Below are positions 10,560 to 20,645 of a stretch of 64,000 nucleotides of DNA, one piece after another (positions within the stretch are counted from its first letter, which is position 1; every line of letters starts with the position of its first letter). The translations under genes were made by a program, and so were the position numbers. The DNA is from an uncultured Clostridia bacterium (GTDB lineage: Bacteria > Bacillota > Clostridia > Christensenellales > UBA1242): assembly GCA_944383415.1 (NCBI GenBank), contig CALWPK010000002.1:43303-107302 (forward strand). Reading direction: 5' to 3'. A model generated the notes under the pieces. That model was not told the DNA's origin, did no database searches, and saw only the letters and a program-made list of their open reading frames with translations.

Positions 10560-11312
10560 ATGTGGACTACTATCGCAATGTGGGGCGGTGTCGCAGGACT
10601 GTTCGTTTCGATTTTCGCCGTGATAATTATATATTTGACAAGGAAAAATATCTTGGATATTTTAGATAAAGATGTCATTTTGTTTAGCAGAAATTTTGAG
10701 TTGAAGAAAACAGCCATTGAAAATTCATTCAAACTTGCTGATGAAATTCAAGAGAAAGGAGAGCAAATCGTTTCAAATTTAGAATTTAATCAACGCGCTA
10801 AAACAGTTTACAATGAATTATTGTGCGTAGTGAGCGACGCACGTGTGGCAGATGAATTTTATTGTCTAGCGATTGAATACACACTTCCTATAACAGAGTC
10901 GCGCATTGCTCAATTCAAATTGCATTGCAGAAAAGATATTGGACTCAGTGTGAAAAATTCTAATGGTATCAAGAAAAATACCAAACATAAAGATGGAAAT
11001 ATCCGTCAAGATTCAAACTATGGAATTGATATGGGTAGTGGAAATAACGCTAGAGTGCAATATGCTAAAAACAACAATCAAAATAGAGACTTGCAATCAC
11101 AACTTAGCAATCAAATACCTCAAAACGCACAGAACATCAATCAAAACAATCAGTCTAGAATGTCTACAAATGCAAACTATCAAAACTCCAATCCGCAGAC
11201 AGTCACTCGACCAGTCAACCAACCGACCATCACTCGCCCTATGCCTTCTACAAAACCTGCGACAAACGTCAGAGCCAACCCAACCACTTCATCTGATAAT
11301 GACAAAAAATAA
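10560..11312 (+). CDS. membrane-anchored protein with Q/N-rich low-complexity C-terminal half
   Basis: N-terminal TM helix (WGGVAGLFVSIFAVIIIYL). C-terminal NNQNRDLQSQLSNQIPQNAQNINQNNQ. Flanked by its own promoter and terminator. Confidence 0.7.
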   Translation: MWTTIAMWGGVAGLFVSIFAVIIIYLTRKNILDILDKDVILFSRNFELKKTAIENSFKLADEIQEKGEQIVSNLEFNQRAKTVYNELLCVVSDARVADEFYCLAIEYTLPITESRIAQFKLHCRKDIGLSVKNSNGIKKNTKHKDGNIRQDSNYGIDMGSGNNARVQYAKNNNQNRDLQSQLSNQIPQNAQNINQNNQSRMSTNANYQNSNPQTVTRPVNQPTITRPMPSTKPATNVRANPTTSSDNDKK

Positions 11313-11335
11313 ACGACCTATTTGGTCGTTTTTTT
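11313..11335 (+). terminator. intrinsic terminator
   Basis: acgacc-tattt-ggtcgt followed by T7. Confidence 0.8.
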
Positions 11336-11567
11336 GATTCAATTGTTTTTCGTTTTGATTTAGATCATTCTTTATTTCAATTAATCATTTATTGATTCAA
11401 TCATCAGTTCATGTAAGTTGCCCAATCCTTACTCAAATTGACTATTTAAAATCTATATTTAAATTATTTTCTTATTATTTGCTATTTCTTGAATTCGCTG
11501 TTTCTGCACGATTAGATTGCTTAATTCTTTATTTGATTAGTTGTTAAAAATTTGATAAATAATAATG

Positions 11568-12194
11568 TTATTTTAAAGCATTTGTGCTATCTAGTCGTCC
11601 TAAATCTTTCAAGAATTTCATATACACCTTTTTGCAACTAAAGTCTTTGCCAACTTTTAAATGCAACCCTAACACAAAATTTTTCATATATTCAAATTTT
11701 TCTTCGCTTGTCCAATGCTCCATAGATTTCGTTTCTTCAATTTCCAAGAACAGACCCAATCCGTCAATATCCTGTATTGCGAGATCAAATTCTCCCACCC
11801 TATACACAGTGGAATGGTTCACCAACTCGCACCAGCAATTCAGCCCCGCACGCTCAAGTATCTTGGACACAGTGGTAGTATTGCCTATAGAGGTGCCCAA
11901 TTTGTCCTCAGATATCACATTCCCATTAGCATCTAATACCTTATTTTTGTGCACGATCTTTGCTTTCCTATCCCCATCTCCATTATCGATTTCGCGCAAA
12001 ATGATAGAATTTCTGATAATATTATTATAACTCTTCGCACCAGTGCTAGAATTATACAATTCTTGTCGTGACATCTTCGTGAAATAATGATCTACGACTG
12101 TGTAATTTTCTACAAACTCTACTTTTCTGTCTCTCAACTTTGCTAATATCGTATCCTTATCTTCAAATAATTGTACTGTTATTTCAGTTTTCAT
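11568..12194 (-). CDS. CYTH-domain protein (CyaB / thiamine-triphosphatase fold) with degenerate N-terminal ExExK motif
   Basis: VDHYF and EFDLAIQDIDGLGLFLEIEE resemble the CyaB-type pattern (DHYFD ... V.VD.LEGLG.F.E). The N-terminus reads TEITVQ instead of ExExK. Confidence 0.55.
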   Translation of the reverse strand: MKTEITVQLFEDKDTILAKLRDRKVEFVENYTVVDHYFTKMSRQELYNSSTGAKSYNNIIRNSIILREIDNGDGDRKAKIVHKNKVLDANGNVISEDKLGTSIGNTTTVSKILERAGLNCWCELVNHSTVYRVGEFDLAIQDIDGLGLFLEIEETKSMEHWTSEEKFEYMKNFVLGLHLKVGKDFSCKKVYMKFLKDLGRLDSTNALK

Positions 12195-12254
12195 ATTTTG
12201 ATTATATCATTTTTTGGCACGAATTGCAATTATTTTGAAAATATTATCAAATGT

Positions 12255-12812
12255 TTAGTCAAATGATTTTTTCGTCATATATTCAATCTCTGAGTCTACG
12301 AGGTGTCTTTCAATCAAGTCCTTAAGTTCGTTCAATTTGCCCTTCAGATATTCCTTTTTGACCACTACAAACTGCACTTTATTAAACACCACCACTAGCC
12401 TCTCGCTATCCTCGAAACCTGCTGTGATTTGGTTTAGATCCAGCACTATTTTGCTCACTTCCTCTTGCTCTTTGTAAAACGCGACCTTGCAACAATCCTC
12501 GTCAAAGGTGACAACGCAATAACTATTCGGTGCAATGGTCTCTTGATATGTCTTAATCGCAGACTTTTTCCAAAATTTCGGCGAAAAATACACTATTACA
12601 CCCACTACAATTGCTACGATTATCAAAAATATGTCGCTGAAGAAATTATTTCCCTCCAAGACGTCTAAGACGATTGATATCACAGCAAACAACACGCCTA
12701 GCGATAGCAACACATAGACGAGAATGTTCAGTTTCTTATTTTTCTTCTTGGTCGTATAGATAGTGCCCGCTATATTATCCTCTACGGTGAAATTAAATCG
12801 TGATTCAAACAT
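12255..12812 (-). CDS. YcxB-like membrane protein (paralog 2)
   Basis: Two adjacent TM helices followed by a soluble domain ending LVVVFNKVQFVVVKKEYL. Similar throughout to the upstream ORF. Confidence 0.6.
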   Translation of the reverse strand: MFESRFNFTVEDNIAGTIYTTKKKNKKLNILVYVLLSLGVLFAVISIVLDVLEGNNFFSDIFLIIVAIVVGVIVYFSPKFWKKSAIKTYQETIAPNSYCVVTFDEDCCKVAFYKEQEEVSKIVLDLNQITAGFEDSERLVVVFNKVQFVVVKKEYLKGKLNELKDLIERHLVDSEIEYMTKKSFD

Positions 12813-12815
12813 ATT

Positions 12816-13358
12816 CTACTTTTTCCCATTGACATTTTTGCTCATACATTTTTCTAAATGCGCTTTGAGTTTGTCTAGTCCGCCCGTCAGTTTATCTTTT
12901 CGTATACACACATATTCCACTTTATTAAACACTAAAATCAGTCGAGTGCTGTCTTCCAAAAAACTAGTTAGGGATTTCAGAGAGTGAACATTTTTCGCCT
13001 GTTCACTCTCATCTTTCACTAGCGTCTCAGTGCATAGTGAATTGTCAATAGTTATATGCAAATAGTCCATATCTGCCAATTTTTGCTGAATATATGCCTT
13101 CTTTTGCGATCGCACCAAAGTCACAGGTATAAGTAGATAGACAATTTCTAGCACCACCAACGCCACCAACAAAACGATATCCAATAAATATGAATTGCCC
13201 GTCACGATGTCCACGATCAGCATAGCCACCATAGCCACCATTAGAATGGGTATGAGAATTGCGATCACTTTGTCCTGCTTCCTTTTTTGTGACTTGTACA
13301 CATATTTTGCACTAGTCAAACTATCTTCTAGTTCGTATTTATATTTGCATTCAAACAT
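12816..13358 (-). CDS. YcxB-like membrane protein (paralog 1)
   Basis: Same architecture as 12255-12812 (LILVFNKVEYVCIRKDKL). RBS aggaga. Starts 9 nt after the stop of the giant ORF. Confidence 0.6.
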   Translation of the reverse strand: MFECKYKYELEDSLTSAKYVYKSQKRKQDKVIAILIPILMVAMVAMLIVDIVTGNSYLLDIVLLVALVVLEIVYLLIPVTLVRSQKKAYIQQKLADMDYLHITIDNSLCTETLVKDESEQAKNVHSLKSLTSFLEDSTRLILVFNKVEYVCIRKDKLTGGLDKLKAHLEKCMSKNVNGKK

Positions 13359-13366
13359 TCTGTCTC

Positions 13367-16300
13367 CTAAATTTTATCATTAACGCTATATTTTTCTTTT
13401 CTCTTCTTCCTGACGACCAAAAGGATGATAATTATGATCAACAGCAACAGCAATAGCAGTATAATTATCAAAATAATCTGCCATAGTTCAAGCAAACGTC
13501 TCTGTTGCGTGACAATGACTGTGTTCACATCTGCACTCATTTGCGCAAGGTCGACCGTGATGGTATCTTCCTGCACCTCGTATTCAAGTTCGCCCGACTG
13601 CTCACCCGTGAGCCATATCACACTGGTCAGACGCTCTTCATTCGGCACGGTCAGGTACAACTCATTGTTCACCGCCTGACTAACACCATTCACTTCAAGA
13701 CGTAGTGTATATCCGATGACGAATACTCTACCATTTGACAAATATCTCGCTATGTTGTCATAGATATTCACATATTCATTTGTATCCGGCTCAATGATAT
13801 CCACCCTCAAAGTTGCACCAATAGGTATAAGATCTGCCCTACTAGAGTCGCTTGCTCCTCGCCTATTCGTGATCGTCACATCGCCCACGCCTTCGATATG
13901 AGTGCTGATACTATATGGATAAATACTTGCTGAATTTGTAGAAATATTCAATCTATAATTCAGTGCATCCGCACCCATCAGCGCGTCTTCAGAATTGACA
14001 GTGACTTCTTTGTTCGCCCCGATCAGTTCGTCAGAGAATGTGATTATCAATCGATCTACGATCAAATTCACATCATCGTTTGCCAACGCACCTTGCAAAC
14101 GAATATCAGCATCCTGTCTAATGGTAGCATCCGTCGTGCCATCATAAACTTTGTCGTTGATTTTCACACCTACAAGATCTAGGTTTCTTCGCATCACTTT
14201 GATACAATTTGCTATTGTCAAAGTGTCGTTCGTCAAGATGAAATTGTTGTTGAATGTGGAATATGCTAGGTTTAGATTGCTGATTGTAATATTGTAGAAT
14301 AGATCTTCATTCGCTGAAGAGATAGGAGTTTCAATTCCATTGATAAGATATGTGATGTTGGCAGTATAGTTCTGAGTCAACATAAACTTTCCACCGACAT
14401 AATTGATAGTTATCACGCCATCGCTAAACGCGAGATATTGCAACAATCTGCTCGCGTCATAGCCTGAACTTCCATCATAAGTTTTCGTGAACGTGTCGTC
14501 CAATTGATACGTTACACTGATGGGTCTAGGCACGATACGTAACACGACATCGTACGCTAGTTCTATGCTATTTAGCCAAGAATACTCACCAGTGTCATTG
14601 AATCTCAATTCGACTCTATACTCTCCTACATTCGTAGGATCTGTTTGCACTCCATTGCTATCATAATAGAATATATTATACTCATTATTTTCATTCATTA
14701 AGAAGTTTAATATGAATTCGGATGATTGAATATTCGAATTGGATGTGGCACCCACCGTAAGCCCTTGTGCCACTCCATCACCCTCTCTATCGCATAAGAA
14801 TGTGGAGGTGAACACATAAACTCCGTTGATATATTCTGCACCGTTATACACGATTTCAGGTTGGACTTGCAATTTGATTACAATATTTTCCACGAATCTC
14901 GCGTCTATGCTCTGAATATTGCCGTTGCCATCATAAATGATAGTTATACCATATCTATCATAGTCTGATTGAGTCGCCGTCTGCGAATCTAATAGGAGTT
15001 CGCCCATCTGATTGTATATTTTGACGTCCTTAATATAGAAAAATTGTGAATAATTGACTCCATTAATTGTTTGGAATGTATAATTTATACGCGTTTTGCC
15101 TAAGAATTGTAGATTATTTGCTAGATAGGTTTGTCCAGACGATGAATATATTTGCGCATCAAAGCCGTACATATTGTTGTCATAACTCATCACAAATCGC
15201 GTGACATTGTTCACAGCATAGAATGTCGCATCATCAATATTCGTAGTGAGTGTAATAGTTTTTTCACCCACGAGGTATCTATAATAAATGGTCACCACTC
15301 CATCGTCAGGTACGCTTGAGATTATGTCACTGATATTGAAGTTGAATTTGTATTCTCCCTCGTTTTCAGTCGCTTCAAATGTATAATTTTTTGAAAGCAT
15401 CAAAATCGCATCTAGATATACACCTCTACTCAAATTGTAAATTTCGTTCTCATTCAATCTCACATCATTGAATTTGATATAAACTTGAATGCTATCTAAA
15501 TAGTTTACTGTCTCGCCTTCTTGCAATTCGTGTTCCTCACCATTGGTGGTCACGAATATTTTATACGTGGCATATTGATCTGGCGAAATCGAGATATCGC
15601 CACGCTGTAAACTGACATCAGTTGCATTTGAACTATCGTTTATCAAAGTAATTTCAATGTACTCATATTCAATGTAAAAAGTCAATACTCCATTCGTGAT
15701 ATAATAATCGTTCACATCAAAAAGTGCATCCTCATAGATTGTGCTCTCGCTATAATTTATTTGCACCAGTGTGTATTCATAATAGATAGTGTTTGGGTCG
15801 TACTGACTGGAAGAGTTGAGTACATATCCCAACTCATTTGAATAGTAATATAGATTAAAATATTTTTGTGCCCAAGTTTCGTCTGAGTAAATATATGGTT
15901 GATATGAATATGTGTGGTAATACATATTGTCAAACATAAATCCATTGTTTTTGTTGGCATTCATATTTATCTTAAGATTATCGTATAGAGATATTTGACT
16001 TGACAATACATCATTCACAAGTGCTGTCGGATTGCCCTGATTGACATTGTCTATGACGAGGTTTATTGTATATGACTCATAACTCAATTTGTATTTGAAG
16101 TGTTCGTTCTTAATCATATTCGGAATTGTCAGGTTCGTATTGCTATGCGAATAATCTGGTGCTTCATCCAGTTCATTCGTCCAACCGAATATGATCAATC
16201 CATTTTGCACGTTTCCAGAAGCGGATAAAATGACTGTGCAATTATAAGGGATGTCTGTAAACATCACTTGATTGTCCGCCACCTGCCCTGTCACTTCTTG

Positions 16301-19300
16301 AGGTAGACCTTGATATGAATATTGAATAATAATTGTAGGATATTGAATCATGCGATCGTAATCGTTGTTTTTTGGATTGGTCAACTCCAAGTCTATCTGT
16401 ATTGAATATGTGTGAATTTGATATACCACCAACAAATTCAATTCCACATAATCTTCGTGAATTTCACCATATTGGTCGACTACGTCACTCAATTCTTGAG
16501 TCGTAAATGTATATTCAAACTGATCACCCTGATATTCGTTCGTCTGTTTCATCTGGGCGTATTCATAAGCCATATCGTTCGTTCCAATGAAGGAAACTGT
16601 CGAGGCGAAATATCCCTTAGGCATAGTGAAATTGATCAATCTATCTTCAATCGTGATGCGTTTGTAATTTTGATTTGAAAAATTCACATATTGACCATCG
16701 TAACCCAGTCCACCACCAGATTGCAAAATTGACAGACGGTATTCAACTTCTGTGAAATTGATGACTAAATATTGCATATTGGAACTAGTCACATTATATG
16801 CAAAAGTGTATGGATCAGCGAGTCCATCAGTAGATACGAACGTAGAATCATCGTCAGCAGTCAATGTGTAGCCGACCAGGTTGTATCCGAATGCTATGAT
16901 GTCATTTACGCCGTTCGGATTCAATAAAACTTGGACGTTTTTGCCTGCCTCTACTATGACTGAATTTTCCACAATTGTCAGTGGAGCACCATCTTGATAT
17001 ACCGCCAAATTGCTTAGATCGTACGCATCTTCTCTATCTGTAGATATCAGCAATCTAGCACTAGGCATTGTATAGACTACCTTTATGCTGATATAATCTC
17101 TCAAAATCGTTTCTACGTGCGTATATGTATCAGTTTCTACAGCGTATGAATAAGTAAGATTCGTCTTATCATTTTCAGTGAAACGCACGAACATATAAGT
17201 ATATTCTTCCTGCTGATCAGTGCCGTCGACGTGTCTTCCCTTAGCGTTTAGGCTGATCGTGTCATACAACTTCAGTCCGCTGAACGTGATCTTGTATAAA
17301 TTTGGATCACTATCATCAATTTTAATATCTGTGCTGGTAGTTTCATACGTTAGATCCGCCATTATGACATCTTGATCAAGATATGTGTCCGTTGCAGATT
17401 CGATGTAATAGGTGAGAGTGAAAGATGTATAATCTTCATAGACGTATATTTCGATTTCATTATTTTCGTTGACATATTGCGAAATAATGTCTGAATTCAA
17501 AAGGAAATCTATGCTATTGTTGTTGTTGACATAGTCGCCAACTCCGTCAATCTTATATCCCAATAGGTAGAACCCATAAGTCAATTCTGAATAGATATTT
17601 ATATTGTCACCAATGTTGGCTGTTTGGTCAAAGTTTATCATTTTTTCCGCATTTTGACGCAAATCGTCTGCCGACAAAGTCTCGATTGAAGATAGATTTC
17701 CCCTTGTGATAGTCAATGTCGTGCGAGTGATAGGAAAATAGTCGACCGAATCATAACTCAAACTTATCTGATCATAATTCATAAATTTGATTGAATAATC
17801 TATGTATTCAAACAACATCAAAATTGTATAATTCTCAGGTTTATCGAAATCTATTTCTACATCTATTGACGCGTTTTGAGTCACTTGAAATTCTGTATAT
17901 GCGAACCCGAAGAAACTATAACCTATATTATTAGACGCGTCAGTTTTGTTGATAGTTACTGCGCTACCTCTGGTCAAGTATAAAGTATCTTCGAGATTGA
18001 AATCCGAGCCAATCACGCTTATATTGCCGGTGGTAGAATCGTACAATCTAAATTCAAAATTTACGCTATAATTAATTGAATTGTAGTTTATTTTGACTGT
18101 AATATTTTCACTAATATTTGGATATGTACTAGTCATCACTTCTATATCGTCAATTGAGCCGAATTGATAGTAATCATAACTCCTAGCATCTATGACTTTG
18201 CTGATTTTTGGTGATGCCACCACTCTAAACGCATTGCCATTGTTGTCGCTCGCGTTCTTTATGAAATATGTGCTATCAGCCACTTTGGAATAATAGAATG
18301 TGACTGTGACAGCACTGAGCACATCGTCAATATTTTCACCCCCGCACGCCACATCATCAATATATGTCTCGAGATTCGCTAGATATAGATTGTCATATTC
18401 TATATTTAACGCCGATTCTCGATCTGACGAACTGGGTATATTGAAACTGAAACTGAAGTTGAGAGTTCTGCCATATTGATCTTTTTCAATCGAATAACCC
18501 GATTCTTCGCCGTCTAGCACCAAATTTAGTACGCTAGATCCTGTCGATACAGTTAGACTTTGCACATCAATGTTTGTGCTATTTTCTATATTCTGTTCAT
18601 CGACATCTATTGAAATCGTCCCTGTCACTTCATCTAGCATTCTATACGCACCCAAACTATAATCGACTCTTTGCTCGCTAGGTATATCTGTCAAAGTATC
18701 GTGCAATGTAAAATATTCGCCATCCGCTGAATACACGTCCCCGTAATAATACATCTTGCTTTCACCGTCTGAACTTAAGGAAATGATCGCATCTTGGTAA
18801 TGAGTGTATGTGCCATCATCTGACTTTGACGTATAATAAATTGAATTGTCCGAACCTAAGATTTCTTCATTTGAATACGAATCGATAGTGCTGATCTCCA
18901 AAAGATTGCTTATTTCAAGGTTGTAGTAGATAAAATCAAATACGGACGATACTTGCAAATTTTCGAACACTTGTGCTATGTTGAAACTGCCCTGATCATA
19001 ATAGCCGTCCTCATCGGTATCAATGAAATCAAATCGGATTGTGGTCTCATTGCCATCAGTCCCAAACGGAAGCGTTTTGCTAGCGACACCATTTTCAATG
19101 ATCAAATCTGAACTATCAATATATGTAACAATTGTAGGGTTGTCGATATAGACTATTCGCCAACCTGCCAAATAAAATCCTTCTTCCGCATTGGCTGTGA
19201 GAGTCACATCCTCTTCACCGAGTAGAAATCTTCCATATCCAGTGGTAGAACCTGCTTTTTTGTCCGAAAGATAAGGTTCGCCATCGTTTGCTAGCCAATT

Positions 19301-19417
19301 GCTATCCACCCACTCGTCTGGGTCATTTGCGTAGACGTTGCCTACCGCCAGCAAAATAAATAGTGACGCGATCACCAATGTAATAATAGAAAATAAACTG
19401 AATACTCTCTTTTTCAT
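13367..19417 (-). CDS. giant cell-surface protein (2016 aa) with signal peptide, repeat domains and C-terminal membrane anchor
   Basis: N-terminal signal-like MKKRVFSLFSIITLVIASLFILLAVGNVYA. Recurrent G(F/Y)xhxG(W/Y) motifs (FYLAGW, FFGFAY, FYLLGY, LVGYTL, IIFGW) resemble Listeria-Bacteroides repeats. YDGS/YDGT motifs near the C-terminus resemble the MBG type. A C-terminal poly-L/I TM helix is followed by RKKRKEK. No LPXTG. Confidence 0.85.
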   Translation of the reverse strand: MKKRVFSLFSIITLVIASLFILLAVGNVYANDPDEWVDSNWLANDGEPYLSDKKAGSTTGYGRFLLGEEDVTLTANAEEGFYLAGWRIVYIDNPTIVTYIDSSDLIIENGVASKTLPFGTDGNETTIRFDFIDTDEDGYYDQGSFNIAQVFENLQVSSVFDFIYYNLEISNLLEISTIDSYSNEEILGSDNSIYYTSKSDDGTYTHYQDAIISLSSDGESKMYYYGDVYSADGEYFTLHDTLTDIPSEQRVDYSLGAYRMLDEVTGTISIDVDEQNIENSTNIDVQSLTVSTGSSVLNLVLDGEESGYSIEKDQYGRTLNFSFSFNIPSSSDRESALNIEYDNLYLANLETYIDDVACGGENIDDVLSAVTVTFYYSKVADSTYFIKNASDNNGNAFRVVASPKISKVIDARSYDYYQFGSIDDIEVMTSTYPNISENITVKINYNSINYSVNFEFRLYDSTTGNISVIGSDFNLEDTLYLTRGSAVTINKTDASNNIGYSFFGFAYTEFQVTQNASIDVEIDFDKPENYTILMLFEYIDYSIKFMNYDQISLSYDSVDYFPITRTTLTITRGNLSSIETLSADDLRQNAEKMINFDQTANIGDNINIYSELTYGFYLLGYKIDGVGDYVNNNNSIDFLLNSDIISQYVNENNEIEIYVYEDYTSFTLTYYIESATDTYLDQDVIMADLTYETTSTDIKIDDSDPNLYKITFSGLKLYDTISLNAKGRHVDGTDQQEEYTYMFVRFTENDKTNLTYSYAVETDTYTHVETILRDYISIKVVYTMPSARLLISTDREDAYDLSNLAVYQDGAPLTIVENSVIVEAGKNVQVLLNPNGVNDIIAFGYNLVGYTLTADDDSTFVSTDGLADPYTFAYNVTSSNMQYLVINFTEVEYRLSILQSGGGLGYDGQYVNFSNQNYKRITIEDRLINFTMPKGYFASTVSFIGTNDMAYEYAQMKQTNEYQGDQFEYTFTTQELSDVVDQYGEIHEDYVELNLLVVYQIHTYSIQIDLELTNPKNNDYDRMIQYPTIIIQYSYQGLPQEVTGQVADNQVMFTDIPYNCTVILSASGNVQNGLIIFGWTNELDEAPDYSHSNTNLTIPNMIKNEHFKYKLSYESYTINLVIDNVNQGNPTALVNDVLSSQISLYDNLKINMNANKNNGFMFDNMYYHTYSYQPYIYSDETWAQKYFNLYYYSNELGYVLNSSSQYDPNTIYYEYTLVQINYSESTIYEDALFDVNDYYITNGVLTFYIEYEYIEITLINDSSNATDVSLQRGDISISPDQYATYKIFVTTNGEEHELQEGETVNYLDSIQVYIKFNDVRLNENEIYNLSRGVYLDAILMLSKNYTFEATENEGEYKFNFNISDIISSVPDDGVVTIYYRYLVGEKTITLTTNIDDATFYAVNNVTRFVMSYDNNMYGFDAQIYSSSGQTYLANNLQFLGKTRINYTFQTINGVNYSQFFYIKDVKIYNQMGELLLDSQTATQSDYDRYGITIIYDGNGNIQSIDARFVENIVIKLQVQPEIVYNGAEYINGVYVFTSTFLCDREGDGVAQGLTVGATSNSNIQSSEFILNFLMNENNEYNIFYYDSNGVQTDPTNVGEYRVELRFNDTGEYSWLNSIELAYDVVLRIVPRPISVTYQLDDTFTKTYDGSSGYDASRLLQYLAFSDGVITINYVGGKFMLTQNYTANITYLINGIETPISSANEDLFYNITISNLNLAYSTFNNNFILTNDTLTIANCIKVMRRNLDLVGVKINDKVYDGTTDATIRQDADIRLQGALANDDVNLIVDRLIITFSDELIGANKEVTVNSEDALMGADALNYRLNISTNSASIYPYSISTHIEGVGDVTITNRRGASDSSRADLIPIGATLRVDIIEPDTNEYVNIYDNIARYLSNGRVFVIGYTLRLEVNGVSQAVNNELYLTVPNEERLTSVIWLTGEQSGELEYEVQEDTITVDLAQMSADVNTVIVTQQRRLLELWQIILIIILLLLLLLIIIIILLVVRKKRKEKYSVNDKI

Positions 19418-20310
19418 TTCCCCTCTATTGCAGAATTTCCCGCAATTGCACCATCAGCGCAAGCAACCACTACCTGCCGAAAATCCTTATCTATGATATC
19501 TCCGCACGCATACAAATTCTTTATATTCGTGCGCATTTTGTCGTCAACAATGATGTATCCCGCTTGGTTCGTTGCCAAATCCAATTTCACAAAACTCAAA
19601 TCAGGTACAGATCCAATCGCTACGAACAATCCGTCCACCGCCAATTTTTTAATCACGTCACCACTTTTGATAGAAATTGCTTCCAACCTTTCTGCACCAA
19701 TTAATTCTACCACTTGAGCGTTCGTCAAGATCTCTACATTATTCAATTTTCTGATATTTTCGACCGCAAACTCGCCCGCTTTGAATCTATCCGAACGATT
19801 GATGAGAATAATTTTCTTTGCCAATCTTGATAAATATTCCACATCTCCAATGGCAGTATTTCCGCCACCGACGACTGCTACCGTTTTGTTCAAAAAGAAA
19901 TTTCCGTCACAACTCGCACAATAACTAACTCCTCTACCTGTGAGTCGCTCTTCGTTCTCTAATCCTAATTTCCTAGTCTTGCAACCTGTGGCAACAATGA
20001 CTTTTTTTGCACTAAAAGTCTCATCCTGAGTTTTGACTGAAAATCCTGTCTTTGTCTTAGTCAAACTTTTCACAGTACCCCAGACTAATTTTAGCCCATT
20101 ATTCTTGGCTTGATTGAGCATTCTATCAGTCAGATCAAATCCTGAGATAGAATCAAATCCTGGATAGTTCGCAATTTCATAAGTCAAACTCGCTTGCCCA
20201 CCCACTGCCAATTTTTCAATGCAAATAGTGTCAAGCCCTGCTCGACACGTGAATATGCCCGCCGTAAGTCCAGCGGGACCAGCCCCTATAATGATGACGT
20301 CTGACTTCAT
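19414..20310 (-). CDS. trxB: thioredoxin-disulfide reductase family flavoprotein
   Basis: DVIIIGAGPAG FAD motif, CASC redox dithiol, GGGNTA. The start was chosen at the ATG at 20310. The stop overlaps the giant ORF start (ATGA). Confidence 0.85.
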   Translation of the reverse strand: MKSDVIIIGAGPAGLTAGIFTCRAGLDTICIEKLAVGGQASLTYEIANYPGFDSISGFDLTDRMLNQAKNNGLKLVWGTVKSLTKTKTGFSVKTQDETFSAKKVIVATGCKTRKLGLENEERLTGRGVSYCASCDGNFFLNKTVAVVGGGNTAIGDVEYLSRLAKKIILINRSDRFKAGEFAVENIRKLNNVEILTNAQVVELIGAERLEAISIKSGDVIKKLAVDGLFVAIGSVPDLSFVKLDLATNQAGYIIVDDKMRTNIKNLYACGDIIDKDFRQVVVACADGAIAGNSAIEGK

Positions 20311-20591
20311 ATATATATTGTATCCCAAAAATGATTTTTTTCCAAACAAAATTAAATATTTTTACAAAATAATTATATATGATATTATAATTATTTCTTG
20401 TCACTTTTCTCTCTGATTCAATTTAGTATGTATTCAAGTGAAACTATACTATTTTAGTCTCTATTTCATTCCAATATCTTATGGTGAATTTCGCTAGAAA
20501 AAAATGGATTTCACTCTTTCATAGGTTGATTCAAGCATCACGATTTCGATATTATTAATTTATTTTACAAAATTTGCAAAAAGCAAATCTC

Positions 20592-20620
20592 TTGACATAT
20601 TCACAATTTTGTGGTAAATT
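20592..20620 (+). promoter_or_regulatory. sigma-A type promoter of the ferredoxin gene with embedded and flanking inverted repeats
   Basis: TTGACA, 17-nt spacer, TAAATT. The spacer contains CACAA-tt-TTGTG. ATTTGC-aaaaa-GCAAAT lies at 20572-20588, just upstream. Confidence 0.6.
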
Positions 20621-20645
20621 AGAATATGTAAAAAAAGGAGAAATT

